Of a DNA stretch of 64,000 bases, positions 16,801 to 28,900 are shown one piece after another (position 1 is the first letter of the stretch; each line of letters opens with the position of its first letter). Source of the DNA: Tubiluchus corallicola (Eukaryota; Animalia; Priapulida). The DNA lies in contig JAQGDQ010000400.1 in NCBI GenBank assembly GCA_030141605.1, forward strand, positions 124,001 to 188,000, given 5' to 3'. Made by a program: the position numbers and the translations under genes. Below the pieces are notes generated by a model. The model ran no database searches and was not told where the DNA came from. It saw nothing but the letters and a program-made list of their open reading frames with translations.

Positions 16801-19800
16801 TGCATTGTGCTCTGTGTATTATCGTGTATTGCGGAATTTTATTAGAAAGGGCAAACCTTACACAGCAAGCATCAACAACAACTCATTTCATGCCAGCTGA
16901 TTAAATATTATTAGTGTGTCTTCTACAGTCAGTGTGATGTAGAGAACAAGAGACAGAATTCAAATTTTCAGCTAAATCTGATATTTTAATTTTAACTTTT
17001 TTGTGCTGCGATTTTGCACAATTTACTTTGCTTTGCGATACGCCTTGTCACATTGTATATCACATTGTTCTCAAATTTGTTGACTGTAGAATCATAGCAT
17101 GCAAATATTGCAATTAGTGAATGCACCTGTACAAAGTTTCCTCGAGAGATAACTTTACTTGAAGAACATAAAAAATAAAAAGGAAATTTTTTCGATTCGA
17201 TTTTCAAGGTGATTTCTCGATGATCACTTATTAAATTTTTTGAATAATTGCTGTGTATTAGATGCATAATTGTTTATGATGGACAATTTTATACGCCTAG
17301 GGTGCATTTCAAGCATATACCCATGTATATACCCAGGAAGATGTTTTAGAAATTATTGAATATGCCAGGATGCGGGGCATCAGAGTTGTACCTGAGTTTG
17401 ATACACCAGGTGAGCTAATGACAGTTTGCTGCTTTACCAGTTAATCAGGTAACTTATAACGAATCTACACTAGGCATCTGTAATGAAATTCGACACAATT
17501 TACGCCTAGGACCAATTAAACTTAACTAATCAACCTGTTGGACTGCAATTCTTTCTGTATTCAATTTTAACTGGGTTTTCAAATCTAAGTGGTAGTCCTC
17601 CATTTTTCATACTTCCAAGTTGTTAAAGTCTTTCTTTATTATTACTATAAATTCCGTATTTATGGCTCACTTATTTTTTGCTGAGGATGGTATGGGGATA
17701 ATGCCGAAATGTACAAGTTAATATCTATGCAAGTATGCTAATGTACAATATGGACTTATTCTCTACATTCTCGTCTCTGCTAACGTTAATTTTGATTTGT
17801 TTTAGGACATACTCAGTCATGGGGACCTGGCATGCCAGGTTTACTCACTCCCTGTTATGATAAACATGGCCAGCCCGACGGTACCTATGGGCCTGTTGAT
17901 CCCACGGTAAATTCAACTTACAAATTTTTTGCCAAGTTTCTTAGCGAAGTTGTAGACGTCTTTCCAGACAAGTACGTTCACCTTGGAGGAGATGAAGTCA
18001 GCTTTAATTGCTGGTAGGTGTGCCAGATTCTAGCTTGTGATATTTATACCCTTATTGAGATTGGAAGTTGCAACTAATTCTATGCATTTTCATATACTTT
18101 TTAACTCTGTTATAGGAAGAGTAATCCAAAAATCACATCGTTTATGAAGAAAATGGGTTTTGGAAAGGATTATGCAAAATTGGAACAGTATTACATACAG
18201 AAGTAAGTATCATTTTCTAGTGAAAGTCAGTATGCATGGCAGTTTTAATGTATCTGAAATGCTAACAGATAATTATCAGTTCTTTTTGCTGTAAATGTTT
18301 CGCAGGTGCATGCTAAGTCCTCATTTAAACACTCCCCGTTTGGCAATGTTTCGTTTTAACAACACTGAACATTTGACACTTTTTTCTCACTTAACGATGC
18401 GTTTTTCTTTTTAACGATGATTTTTTCCTTGCTCACAGCCTTTTTTATTTTGTCAACAACATTTTTACCTAATTCGAAGCATTAAACTGTGCATGCTGTA
18501 TTATTGTGTTCTACAAACACCTAGTAACGTAAAACAGTAGAATTATTATTTATATGTTCACTTCCCGACAGACTGCTAGCCACTTGTATCAAACAAGATT
18601 TATTTGGCAGCAGCTGATATAAGCTTTATGCAAGAAATTTTACCTGCAACATGCTACTATGGTAGCTAGTATCTGGGCGACATCGTCTCAAAGTCCGCCT
18701 CGAGTAGGTGAATAATATACTCATAAATATGAATAAAATGCATAAAATGTTTAATTTATGTGAATTAAGTATCAGTCAATCAATCAATCAATTTATTTCA
18801 CTCCAGCAATACATATACAATACATCTACATACAATATTATCGAAAAAAAGAAACAGTATAGGTAAAAAAAATGTTGATGAAGTCAAATTAACCTAATAA
18901 AAGAGTTGCTGTATGATACCTTGAAAGCTTGGCTTGTTAAGGTGGCAGAAATGAGTGAATGAAAGAATGGTTAGGGTTAGCAGAAATGCTGGAAGGGAAA
19001 AAATAGTAAGATTAGGGATAGAAAGAAGGAAAAGAGGAGAAGAAACGAACAACCATATTGTATGTTTTACATAGAGCTATATTTAAATAGCATTATAATT
19101 GATTGGAGGCCATATATTGCGACTGCATGAGACATGGAAGCATTAAAATTGTATTATAAGTATGAATCAAAAATGGTCCTTTTCAAGTACTTTATGCAAC
19201 TATAAATAGTTTTGTGTATTTTTACTTGGGCACTTATTTTATTCCAGTTGTTGGGGGCTGTGAATTTAATAAAGCTGATTTTTGTCTCTGGAACATAGCT
19301 CAATTTTGTCACATTACTTTCTGTGGAAGTCTTGGTTCCTTTAACGACGTTTCACATAACGTCACGTTTTGCTGGAAGGTATTTGTGTCGTTAAGTGAGG
19401 ACTTACTGTACACAAATACAGATGGATGAAATGTACATGAGAACAGTGATCTCACTAGCAAGGAGAGTAATTGTATAGCTAAGTGATGTTGTTTAGTTAC
19501 AAAAGTTAAACAATGTCAATTTGGGTAGTAAATAGATCTTGTTATTTATCAGCATTATTTAAGATTTACTGATTAGCAGGAAAGCTAATTTTGGGCAGTT
19601 TAATCCACCATATTGTCTCCGGTTATTTCTCGATGAGGCAAAATTTGTATGCATCAGAACATGTCTGCCGGTTTAGTATCTCATATTAGAATATTGCGTA
19701 ACAAGTGCTCCAAGTGTTCAACCTTAGTAGGAAGCCATGGAGTGTGCTGAAGTTCATAAAAATATTTAATATGATGGTTGAGACTTTTTAATTAGACTTC

Positions 19801-20015
19801 CTGTTTTCAAGTTGTTTTCAAGTTACAGCGGCCAGGTCATACCAAAGAAAAATGGTACCTGCTGTTGTCCTGCCTGACGCATGGTATTTAGGGGAAAAGT
19901 GGGGTCATAATAGTCTCTGTTATGTAGTTGTAGGTTGTTATTTACAGTCGGCAATAATAGCTCTTTGAGCTAATGTTAATTGTTGACCCAAAAGCTGACT
20001 TTAAATAAAGATTCC

Positions 20016-20085
<70 letters not shown>

Positions 20086-23000
20086 GTCATTATTATTATT
20101 ATTATTATTTTTGTTATTATTATTATTATTATTATATTCTAAACTCCATTTTGTTAATTTAGTGTGCTGAATACTATGCAGACTTTGAAACATGGTTACA
20201 TAGTGTGGCAAGAAGTGGTTGATAACAAAGTAAAGGTAGGGATTATATCGTTGATAAATCAATTTTTCTATGAAGTTCATATCAGACTTTTTAATTCTAC
20301 TTTCTCTGCTGTGTTTACGATTTTAAAGCCGTTTGACAAGTGAAATGCTTGTAGATTTGTATTTCTTGATTTTTTTTCGGTTGTGCATTTCACAAATAAT
20401 TGTCAGGCAGTAATAGAGCAAGAAACGGGTGTTAGAGACATATATTAGTATTGCGTTATTTTGACTGAGAAATTTATTTAGTTTTGCATTGCTTAAATAC
20501 TGATAACACTGTTTCATACTGCAGTAAATTTTGCCACATCATTTAACTGAACTGCGGTGCAGTATTGCACAAAATCATCTTTACTCTAGCACTGTTGCTG
20601 TTCGAAATTTTACTGAAAGTGAAGAATTAGTAATATAGTGTATTAAGTTAAAACAGTAGAGAGTCTGTGGGTAGCGCATTAAAATGCTGTAGAAGTGCCT
20701 GAAGCGATACATAAACATCAAAAAACTGATGAATTGTTGTCAACTAATATTTTATTGGTTGTCACAATGCACTAACAGTTTCCTGTACAAATAGCAGAAC
20801 AGCTAATTTTGTGTGCATTTTACATCATTTATTTCAATTTGTTTGTGTAAGATATTATCTAAAGTTGCTATATTAACCCATATCAGAACAGAGTATCAGA
20901 ACACGAAATTTTGTATACATTTTACTTGATTTATTTCAATTTGTTTATATAAAATATCTAAAATTGCTATAAATAATCAACAAGCAGACACTAGGCACTT
21001 GTCACTGTCAAATGCTTGATTGCAACTCTCATATGCTATACAGTGTTTATGAAATTCTGATTGATTTTATTTGGCTTTAGTTTTTTTATTGAAAACTCAT
21101 TAATTGCAAATGAAGTAGTGGGAGCATTTAAGAATTTTTCTGCAGCCATTTTTGATTGATAAACTCCAGTCTTAATTTTTAAAATTCACGACTCACATAA
21201 TTAACAGATTATTAAGTGAAGTAAGAGTTATATAATTTCTTTCTGAACCAAATTTGTTTGCGTATTTAATGGCTTCATTACCTTATTAATGCTATTTTTG
21301 GCTACATAATTATTTGCGTGTTTAAAAAGACTGTGTCGCCTGTGTCTAGGTTAAGAGTGATACTGTTGTTGAGGTATGGAAAGGCGGCTACGAATCAGAG
21401 ATGACATATGTAACAGGTTTAGGTTTTAATACCTTACTTGCTGCTTGCTGGTATCTAGACTACATCTCATATGGCAGTGATTGGCATAAATATTACACGT
21501 GTGAGCCGTGTGCATTTAATGGTAAGGAATAGCAAGCTGGGTAGGACATTAAACGGTCAAATGAACAGTTTTTTGCTCGGCAACTGTTAGTAGATCAGAT
21601 TTACTGCTGTACTATTCTTTTTGCCTATTGCAATCATGAATCAAGGTTTGTCAACCCCGTTGCATGCAGTTTATGTTCAGTGGGTTTTGAAGATAATTCC
21701 TGAGGCAAGCATTCTTTGGTGCATGGAATGCAATGTGCTCCAAGCAATGCCAATGGCCTGTCAAAGCATACAGTAAAATGATGAATATATGAATAATATC
21801 CAAACACAATTCATTTATGGCTGCAGAAGCCCCATGGCATGCAGTTTAAGTTCTGTGTGTTCTTGAAGAGAATTCCTGGAGTAAGTTTTCTTTTTGTTGA
21901 CTACTTTAGTTGCACGGCATTTCTATAGTCAGAACCTGTAAAGGTTTTTGTGATTATTGCTTTTGAGGTTGTTTAGGCTAAACCTGGCTGCTTTTTCTTC
22001 TTGCTTTGTGCTTGAGATGTACAGCGCTGCAAAAGTGAAACTATCTATTACCTACAAGTTGTTTAGGTTGCACACGACACGGTGGTACAAGTTTGGAAGG
22101 AGCCTCACAAACTTGAGATGACTTACGTAACTTGGCTTGGCTTTAACACGCTCCTGTCATCTTGTTGGTATTTGAGTACCATAAATCCGGGAGCTGATTG
22201 GCATGATTATTATAACTGTGACCCCGAGTCTTTTATCGGTGAGCCCCTTACAACGAGCATGTGGGTTTTTGGTGGGCTGGAATGCCCTAAGGTCAACAAC
22301 ATTTAATTTAGTTAACACTAAGCATCTTTACATTTCTCTCTGCTTGTTAATAATACCTTATTTTTCATCATTTAATACTAATTTTTGGTATATTTTGTTT
22401 TTGTGTTTTGTGTTGCTAAATTGCTTTGCTGAATTCTACCTACATGTGCTGCTAAACAGAAAACTGTTCATTTGACCCACATTTTGCTTTTACACTTCAA
22501 CAACAAGCAACGAAGCTAGGCATCAACTGTCTTTTTCAGCTGTCACATTTGTTAGCTCTTGATTCGCACACTTCTTAAGCACAAAATATTGGAAATTTTA
22601 AAGTGGCGACACGAAAACAAAGCCGCATTTGCAGAACACGTATTTTTACTTGTAATTTGGGCACTACTATTACACACTCCATCTTTTCGATCTTTCTCAG
22701 GTCAAACCTGACACTATTGTGCAAGTGTGGAAAGATAAGGATCGTGATGCTGAAATGAGTTATGTCACTGGACTGGGCTTGTCCACTTTGCTTTCCAGTT
22801 GTTGGTACCTGAGTCACATAACAACTGACAAGGACTGGCCGGAGAAATATACTTGCGAACCTCTAAAGTTTAATGGTGCTGCTTTACATTATTTAGTTTT
22901 ACATCATTATCACAGGCAAATGCTTGCGTGTTTCCACTGAATTAAACGTACAGCAACCTGTTGTTCTAAGTGGATTATGTGCTAGTGGCATCTTTGCCAA

Positions 23001-26000
23001 ATTTCAATTTATAGCAAATCTTGCCACTTAAAAACACAATTGTATCTGAACACCACAATAGTTTTTGCCATTGCTGAACACCACAATAGTTTTTGCCATT
23101 GCTGAACACCACAATAGTTTTTGCCATTGCTGAACACCACAATAGTTTTTGCCTTACCTGAACACCAGAGTAGTTTTTGCCTTACAAAACTAGTTTGTTT
23201 CTATGCTTGATGCCTAGCTTCACTTTGTACAGGAGCGGACTGAAAACAGCAAGGGCCCTCGGGGGGGGGGGGGTGGGAATCTGGTGAACACGTATCGGGT
23301 CGGGGAAGATTTGTAAGCTGAAACCACAAAACATGCTGTACGAAAGTCCACAAAACTTAACGGTGTACACAGGAGTGTATATTCTGTGTACAACAATGTA
23401 CCATCTATGGCCGTAAAGGAAGTCAGAATAGAGGGAAATGATGTGGTACATCTCATTTTTTGTTGCATTCCTGCAGTGACCTGCAATTGGCATCTCTTCT
23501 AGTATATAGACTTACTGTAGACAATTAGGCCTATGAAATTTTTGGGTTTAGCTACTAATGCTCTGTACTGTAAACAATTTCAAAGTTAGCTTCGCGTCAC
23601 ATGATTATGGTGCTAGAAAGTCTTTTATTGCACTTTCCATCCTATTTCGGTCTTCTCCTTAGTTCGAAGTGATCAGTCCGCTCCTGATTATAATATTTTG
23701 ATTTTTCGTTAGTTTATATAGATATTATGTATATTTTATATATATTATTTTATATTATTATTTATATATTATATATATTTTACATAGGTTTTTGCCTGCT
23801 CATTTACACTAACTATTATTGTTATTTAGCATAAACTTGAGATAACCTTAAGGTAAACTTACGTTAAATTTACTGCTTTCACAATTTTGTCTTGATCTGA
23901 TATCGTCTGCCTTTTGTTTGCATTCGAATGTCCCAGTCTTCGTTTCACAGTACTGATTAATATCAAATTATGACTTGACAAATCTATTAAATTGTTTTAA
24001 ATTGTTATTTTTGAAGAAATATAAAATTATTGGTGTATTCTGGAGTTGTGGAGATAGGCTATCTTAGCACATTTCTGTCATTTCTGTAATGAAAATTGAC
24101 TGTTACGTATTTCTGTAGGTACTGAGAAACAAAAGCAGTTGGTAAAAGGAGGAGAAGCGTGCTTATGGGGTGAATATGTTGATGGTACCAACCTCTTATC
24201 TAGGTTATGGTAGGTATGATTTGCAAATATTGTATGAATGTAGGAAAAATATAGTATATAGCTCTCTGTACACAATTAGATATGAACAATACAGTCTTGA
24301 ACTGCTCCAAAATCTGGTTGTGCAAGACTTGTGAGCAATATTCTGTTCAAATTCTAAGTTTTGGTGCTTAGCACAGCTTCTAGTAGAATAATTGTACAAT
24401 AGTTATCACTTAACAAGATGTAATACTGTTATCACAATTTAACCATCAAGGAAGTCAGCTCTTTAGAATAATTGCAAGCACATATCTGTTACCTGTTAAC
24501 ATGAATGCTTTTTCTAGATAGACTATTAGTTGTAATTAGTGCGGCACCCGAGGTTCTAAGATCTCGATAATTAGTGGCAAAGTTCCGCACTATCTATTTT
24601 CACCGTAACGTTCAACCTTCGTTGATCTTGATTTAAAGGTCATTTAGTTGTTGAGATGCTTTCACATTGACTGTATTGACATTTTTCTACAGGCTAGTTT
24701 GTCTTGCATAATAGTTTAAAGTCGTTCGCTGGGTGTGTATAAAGTTAAATGTTTAAAAGTCGTCCTTGTAGTAGTTATCATAGTTGTTGAGATGCTTTCA
24801 CGTTGACTGTATTGACATTGTTCTACAGGCTAGTTTGTCTTGCATAATAGTTTAAAGTCGTTCACTGGGTGTGTATAAAGTTAAATGTTTAAAACTCGCC
24901 CTTGTAATAGTTATCATAGTTGCGTTCCTTGTTAGATAGAGAAAAAATTCAGCCTTAGCTGAAAAAGAAATTCAGATTGGCAGAATGAATTTGAATTTTG
25001 AAAAATAAGTTACAGTTTAGCTAGCAAGATGCCACTTGTCTTTTTTGCTATTTTTGCATTTTAAATGAGAAACTATTGTTTAAAGTTTTTAAAGTATAAT
25101 TTTTGCTTGCTCTGAGTATATCTGAGTGTCAATATAGTAGATTAAACACTGGCTGCTGTAGAATTGATCCACATTTTTTCAATTGATATTACAATGTCTA
25201 AGAGATTTAACTGTTGTTTAAGTACATTGTAACATTATGTACCAAAACAAAATTTGAAGAATGGGCTTGATACGCATAAAAAAATACTCAAACAAGAAAT
25301 ATGTGCCACTTTTGTCTCTCTGTTTTGCTAGAAATAAACTAATGTGCAATTTCAGAAGATACGTTAGAGGCTGTGGCACAAGGTTACATTGACGTATAAT
25401 CTTTTTTCTTTTGCAAAAATGGCAAGAAAAATCATAGAACGCGAAAAGTGCCACTGTTACAAAAAAGGGAGAGTAACTTGTCTGTACCAAGCAAAATCAA
25501 ATCATATGTCTTGGCGACAAATGTCATGCACAACCTTAATATTGTGGGAATACAACAAAATTAAATGTAATAAAATTGGCGTTCAACTTTGCGGTATAGA
25601 AGGCGCTATAATTAATGGTATCTTGTTAAAAGCATTCACCAACACCTCGAGGCTTTAATTAGGTTGATACTGAATTTAAGTTGTATGAGATTTACTTGAT
25701 GAAATCAATTCTCTGTTAACAGGCCACGGGCATCTGCTGTTGCAGAGCGCCTTTGGAGTGCCCAATCTGTGGATGACGTAGACGAGGCATCTCATCGACT
25801 TGAAGAGCACAGATGTCGTATGGTTAGGTACAGTTTAAATTTTATCATGGAATTAACAATTTTTTACACTTATTACATTTCACTGAGTTTCTTGCATTTA
25901 GTAAATTTCATCTTTTCGAAAGTGGAGTACAGAGTTCCCTCACTTATCGCGGGTGTTCTGTTCCAGGCCCGCCCGTGATAAGTGAATTTCTGCGAAGTAG

Positions 26001-27221
26001 GGATGCTATACTTGTTTTAGTACTTATACATTATTGTAAGTCTTTATAAACCCTCCCCACCGCAGATGAAAACTACGCACATGCGACAGTCGGATGCTAA
26101 CGTGAAATGGAAGAGCTGAGAGGGGGTAGTTGCACAAGGGGAAAGAAAATAAATTGCACGGTACCTGAGCCAATCAGCGACTGGGATACAGAGCAGCATT
26201 CTCTGGTTGGTCGCTTTCCATCAATCAACCAATCGTGTGTGGTGTACATTCTCACGCCGGCAAGTAGCATCTCAAGCGGGCGCAAGTACCACATTTCGCT
26301 TATGGTGTGTATTCATCTGCTGAATAAATACACTATTTACTGTAAATGGTAATTTTTTATGATTTATAATATTCTTTTAATGTTAGAATTAATATTTTTA
26401 ATATATTTTTATACATTTTGTGACTTTTTATGTAAATTTCGTCAAATGTATACATTACTGTACAATACGTACTACGCATGTGCAAAAATACTTTAGACGG
26501 AGTACCGCTGAAACCCGTGAAACAGCGAGTTCGCGATAAACGAACCGCGAAGTAGCGAGGGAACACTGTACTAAAATAAGGATCAGCTATTTATTTTTCC
26601 TTTTATTCACCTGCCTGTTTACACATTTCTCATTACATACATGTGTTTCTGACTGGTGACCACTAGTCAGCCATCATCCATTTACCTCTTAAATTGCATG
26701 ACCATGATACACTGCCTAGTATTTGCTGTTTCCTATCATGTTGCAGAATTTTTTAGAAGTCACATTTCGCTTGCTGCAGGGTGAGGCTTAACTGTATACA
26801 TTTTACAAATGGGGCATGATCTTTGCAAGGTGGGTGGCATCATGGTAATAATTGACATGACACGCATTGCTTTCATTAAAAAAACAACTTAAAAATAAGT
26901 CAAAGTTTGATGGACTTCATTCTAACTGGTCATCAGCCTTCCTACAGTGGTCATTTTCTTTTGTGAATGTGTTGCAATTTCATATCAGAAGTTTGATGGA
27001 TGCCCAAAAACTGAATTAAAGGACTGTCGGGATACGCTTATTCTCTACTGTAGAAGGTCAAAGTCTGCACTATCAACTATTTTACATTCTTGAAACTTTT
27101 TTTATTTTTCATCAGTACATAGCAATGTATTTGTAGTAATTTACTTTTTCGTTTCAGACGAGGCATTCCAGCAGAGCCACCAAATGGTCCAGGTTTCTGT
27201 CAGTATGAAATACAGCCTTGA
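9610..27221 (+). CDS. HEXB: Beta-hexosaminidase (GH20, HEXA/HEXB-like), 13 coding exons per isoform, about 561-562 aa
   Basis: Exons 9610-9899, 10462-10610, 11309-11433, 14091-14201, 15382-15483, 17301-17409, 17806-18013, 18116-18202, 20163-20235, [21350-21521 | 22067-22238 | 22701-22875], 24119-24209, 25723-25827, 27158-27221. All are GT-AG with compatible phases. Has a signal peptide and the motifs [43 protein letters not shown], catalytic [18 protein letters not shown] and [13 protein letters not shown]. Probably co-orthologous to both HEXA and HEXB; the symbol is nominal. Confidence 0.96.
10703..10972. repeat. (GA)n microsatellite and purine-rich tract
   Basis: Long perfect GA run decaying into GA/G-rich sequence; explains the RERE/LSLS ORFs. 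Confidence 0.97.
11809..12203. mobile_element. hAT MITE with 8-bp TSD
   Basis: TIR taggggtgagcat/atgctcacccta, perfect TSD gtgtttga on both sides, subterminal ttcgaa repeats. Confidence 0.9.
12477..14072. repeat. Minisatellite, 32 bp unit, about 50 copies, in hexosaminidase intron 3
   Basis: taagatttacgcttggtttaggatcagactta in tandem; ends about 18 nt before the exon 4 acceptor. Confidence 0.97.
15514..16069 (+). mobile_element. TTAA-flanked non-autonomous DNA transposon (family A, Kolobok-like)
   Basis: ttaa|aggaagaccggacgattgt ... acagtcgtccggttttgct|ttaa. TTAA TSD with purine-purine termini fits Kolobok rather than piggyBac (CC ends). Confidence 0.8.
16329..16742 (+). mobile_element. Tc1/mariner MITE family C, 3'-truncated
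   Basis: Collinear with 625-1039. Confidence 0.78.
18311..19408. mobile_element. Degenerate Tigger-like non-autonomous element
   Basis: Inverted ends taagtcctcatttaa / ttaagtgaggacttactg|ta, with subterminal ttaacga repeats. Confidence 0.55.
19826..20134 (+). mobile_element. 5'-truncated SINE with expanded (TTA)n tail
   Basis: Body matches 30991-31273; the (TTA)n tail at about 20017-20134 stops about 28 nt before hexosaminidase exon 9. Confidence 0.85.
21350..21521 (+). CDS. Hexosaminidase exon 10a (mutually exclusive variant, canonical type)
   Basis: tctag|...G|gtaagg, 172 nt: [58 protein letters not shown]. Confidence 0.93.
22067..22238 (+). CDS. Hexosaminidase exon 10b (mutually exclusive variant)
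   Basis: tttag|...G|gtgagc, 172 nt: [58 protein letters not shown]. Confidence 0.88.
22701..22875 (+). CDS. Hexosaminidase exon 10c (mutually exclusive variant)
   Basis: ttctcag|...G|gtgctg (weaker donor), 175 nt: [59 protein letters not shown]. Confidence 0.85.
23046..23181. repeat. 28-bp tandem repeat, about 5 copies
   Basis: ctgaacaccacaatagtttttgccattg repeated. Confidence 0.9.
23230..23686. mobile_element. MITE with 14-bp TIR (hAT-like CAG ends)
   Basis: caggagcggactga ... tcagtccgctcctg; no clear TSD. Confidence 0.7.
25930..26568 (+). mobile_element. Tigger/pogo-like MITE, family D
   Basis: ta|cagagttccctcact ... agcgagggaacactg|ta; inverted shorter copy at 46651-47060. Confidence 0.85.
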
Positions 27222-27349
27222 AGTTGACATTGCTTGTTTCTACATGGTCAAATTTGTTTCTACATGTTTAAATTTGACCAACATCTAATAATTTTTGTAT
27301 TCCATGTTTGTATCCTTGTTGCAAGATGCCAGAAATGTTTGAAAAATAT

Positions 27350-27537
27350 AATAAATCACTATTAGTGACATCGTTAACATGTTTATTTCAATCCAGTGTA
27401 TTCATGATTACAATAGGCCTCATAAATGTTATCAATCTGTGATATATCAGGTACAGTGCAATAAATGGCACCTGGTGATTGTTTGATTTTTATATTAAAA
27501 CTTGTTGGTATAATTGTACATTGTATTAAACAATAAA
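27350..27537 (+). terminator. Hexosaminidase 3' end with three candidate polyA signals
   Basis: AATAAA at 27350, 27460 and 27532; the last is followed by a GT/T-rich tract. Confidence 0.55.
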
Positions 27538-28589
27538 TCTCCCAAAACTGGATTTGTGTAGTCTGTAATTTGTTGGTTTAAGTGTTTGTTTGATGTTTAT
27601 CGTTAAGACATTTTTTCATGATCAACTTCCATCCTGTTCTATACTTGCGTTTGCATTTGAGAATGAGTTTAAGAGGTAACAGAGTTTACTAGTTAGGGCT
27701 ACTTGGCTATTAGACCGAGTTATTGTCGTGTCAGGAGAATGCTTGTAATTTGGACCCAGTTGCGGCAAATCACCATACTTTCAGTTGTGGCTTTCTGACT
27801 TGCTACCTCTCTGTTGTCGCAACCCTCCTAGTAGCCTTGGAACTGTTGGAAATTACATTATTCTATTGTGTAATTATAATAGTGAGCCAATGAACTTTTA
27901 GAAAAATCAAGTTTCAGCTTGATTTTGGAGCATTGCATTCGTATGCTGGCCATAGTCTTAGTCTAATCAGTGCCGCATTTAATTCAAACCTGCTGAGCTT
28001 GCCTTACATAGAATTACATGGGCTGATATTGGTACATACTTGTATGTATGTATTGCACAGTCGAGTGTTCAGATAAACAAGGTCCTCGCTATTGTATAAT
28101 TTTTTTAAGTTTGCTGAGGCTTGTGTATCCGGAGTGGTTGAAAAAGCACCGTTCGCTTGCTAGGTCTGCAAGAATTTTCATAGTTTCATCATTAAATAAG
28201 TTAATTGCAGTGGAAATGCTCGATCGAGATAACTGTATTCTGCTAGTCATGAGCCGGGCTCTTGTATTACCAAAAATAAGGCTAACATGCACAATTGAAT
28301 ATATTCCGCTTATGCGAAAAAAGTAGACAGAATCAAATTTTTTGTGGAGTTCATTTTTTTATACAGATTGCCTCAAACAAGAACAAAGAGTATAAGAGTG
28401 AAAATACGAAAATATGCATGAATGCACAACTACTGTTCAGAATTAACAGAATTTGTGTAACTAATTTGCTACTGATAGGAGGCATCTATAGAATCTGAAA
28501 AGCAGAAGTTGTTCTTGAATCGCGTGAGCTTGTAGTCTTCGGGACCAGTAACTCAGTCCCTGTCGCAGTAACCCTGCATAAAACGTGTA

Positions 28590-28900
28590 AAATTAAATTC
28601 CGGTGATGACAGTTAAGTACAGCCATTTAATGGTAAGTTGTTTGAAACAAGTTCAGATATCATTGTGTAAAGTTTAAAAAAAATTGAGCGTTCGTAGCAC
28701 ACACTTCGCAAACTAAGCAAAACTTCAACTTTGTATTGGTTTTTGGTGGATCAGTGGTGCACATTGGGATGGCGATGCAGCGCTGCTTTACCAGTTGATG
28801 CAATTTGTTTTAAATTAATAAAAAATTCTATTTACGTAAGTTTGAAACAGGTAAGCATGATATCAAGTAGTACTTTGTATGTGGAAAGATCTTTATACTT
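28590..28900 (+). repeat. Old dispersed repeat with a diverged copy at about 42165-42510
   Basis: Shared blocks such as gccattt..ggta.gt.gtttgaaaca, ttcgtagcacacactt.gc.aact, ttacgtaagt and tgtggaaag/tatggaaag. Confidence 0.6.

Noticed and set aside
19942-20280. Poly-Asn / poly-Tyr ORFs
   Set aside because: Translations of the SINE (TTA)n tail.
21350-22875. Three exons included together as an internal protein repeat, or pieces of separate paralogous genes
   Set aside because: Joint inclusion breaks the frame (each exon is 1 mod 3, phase 0 to 1), and no other hexosaminidase exon is duplicated.
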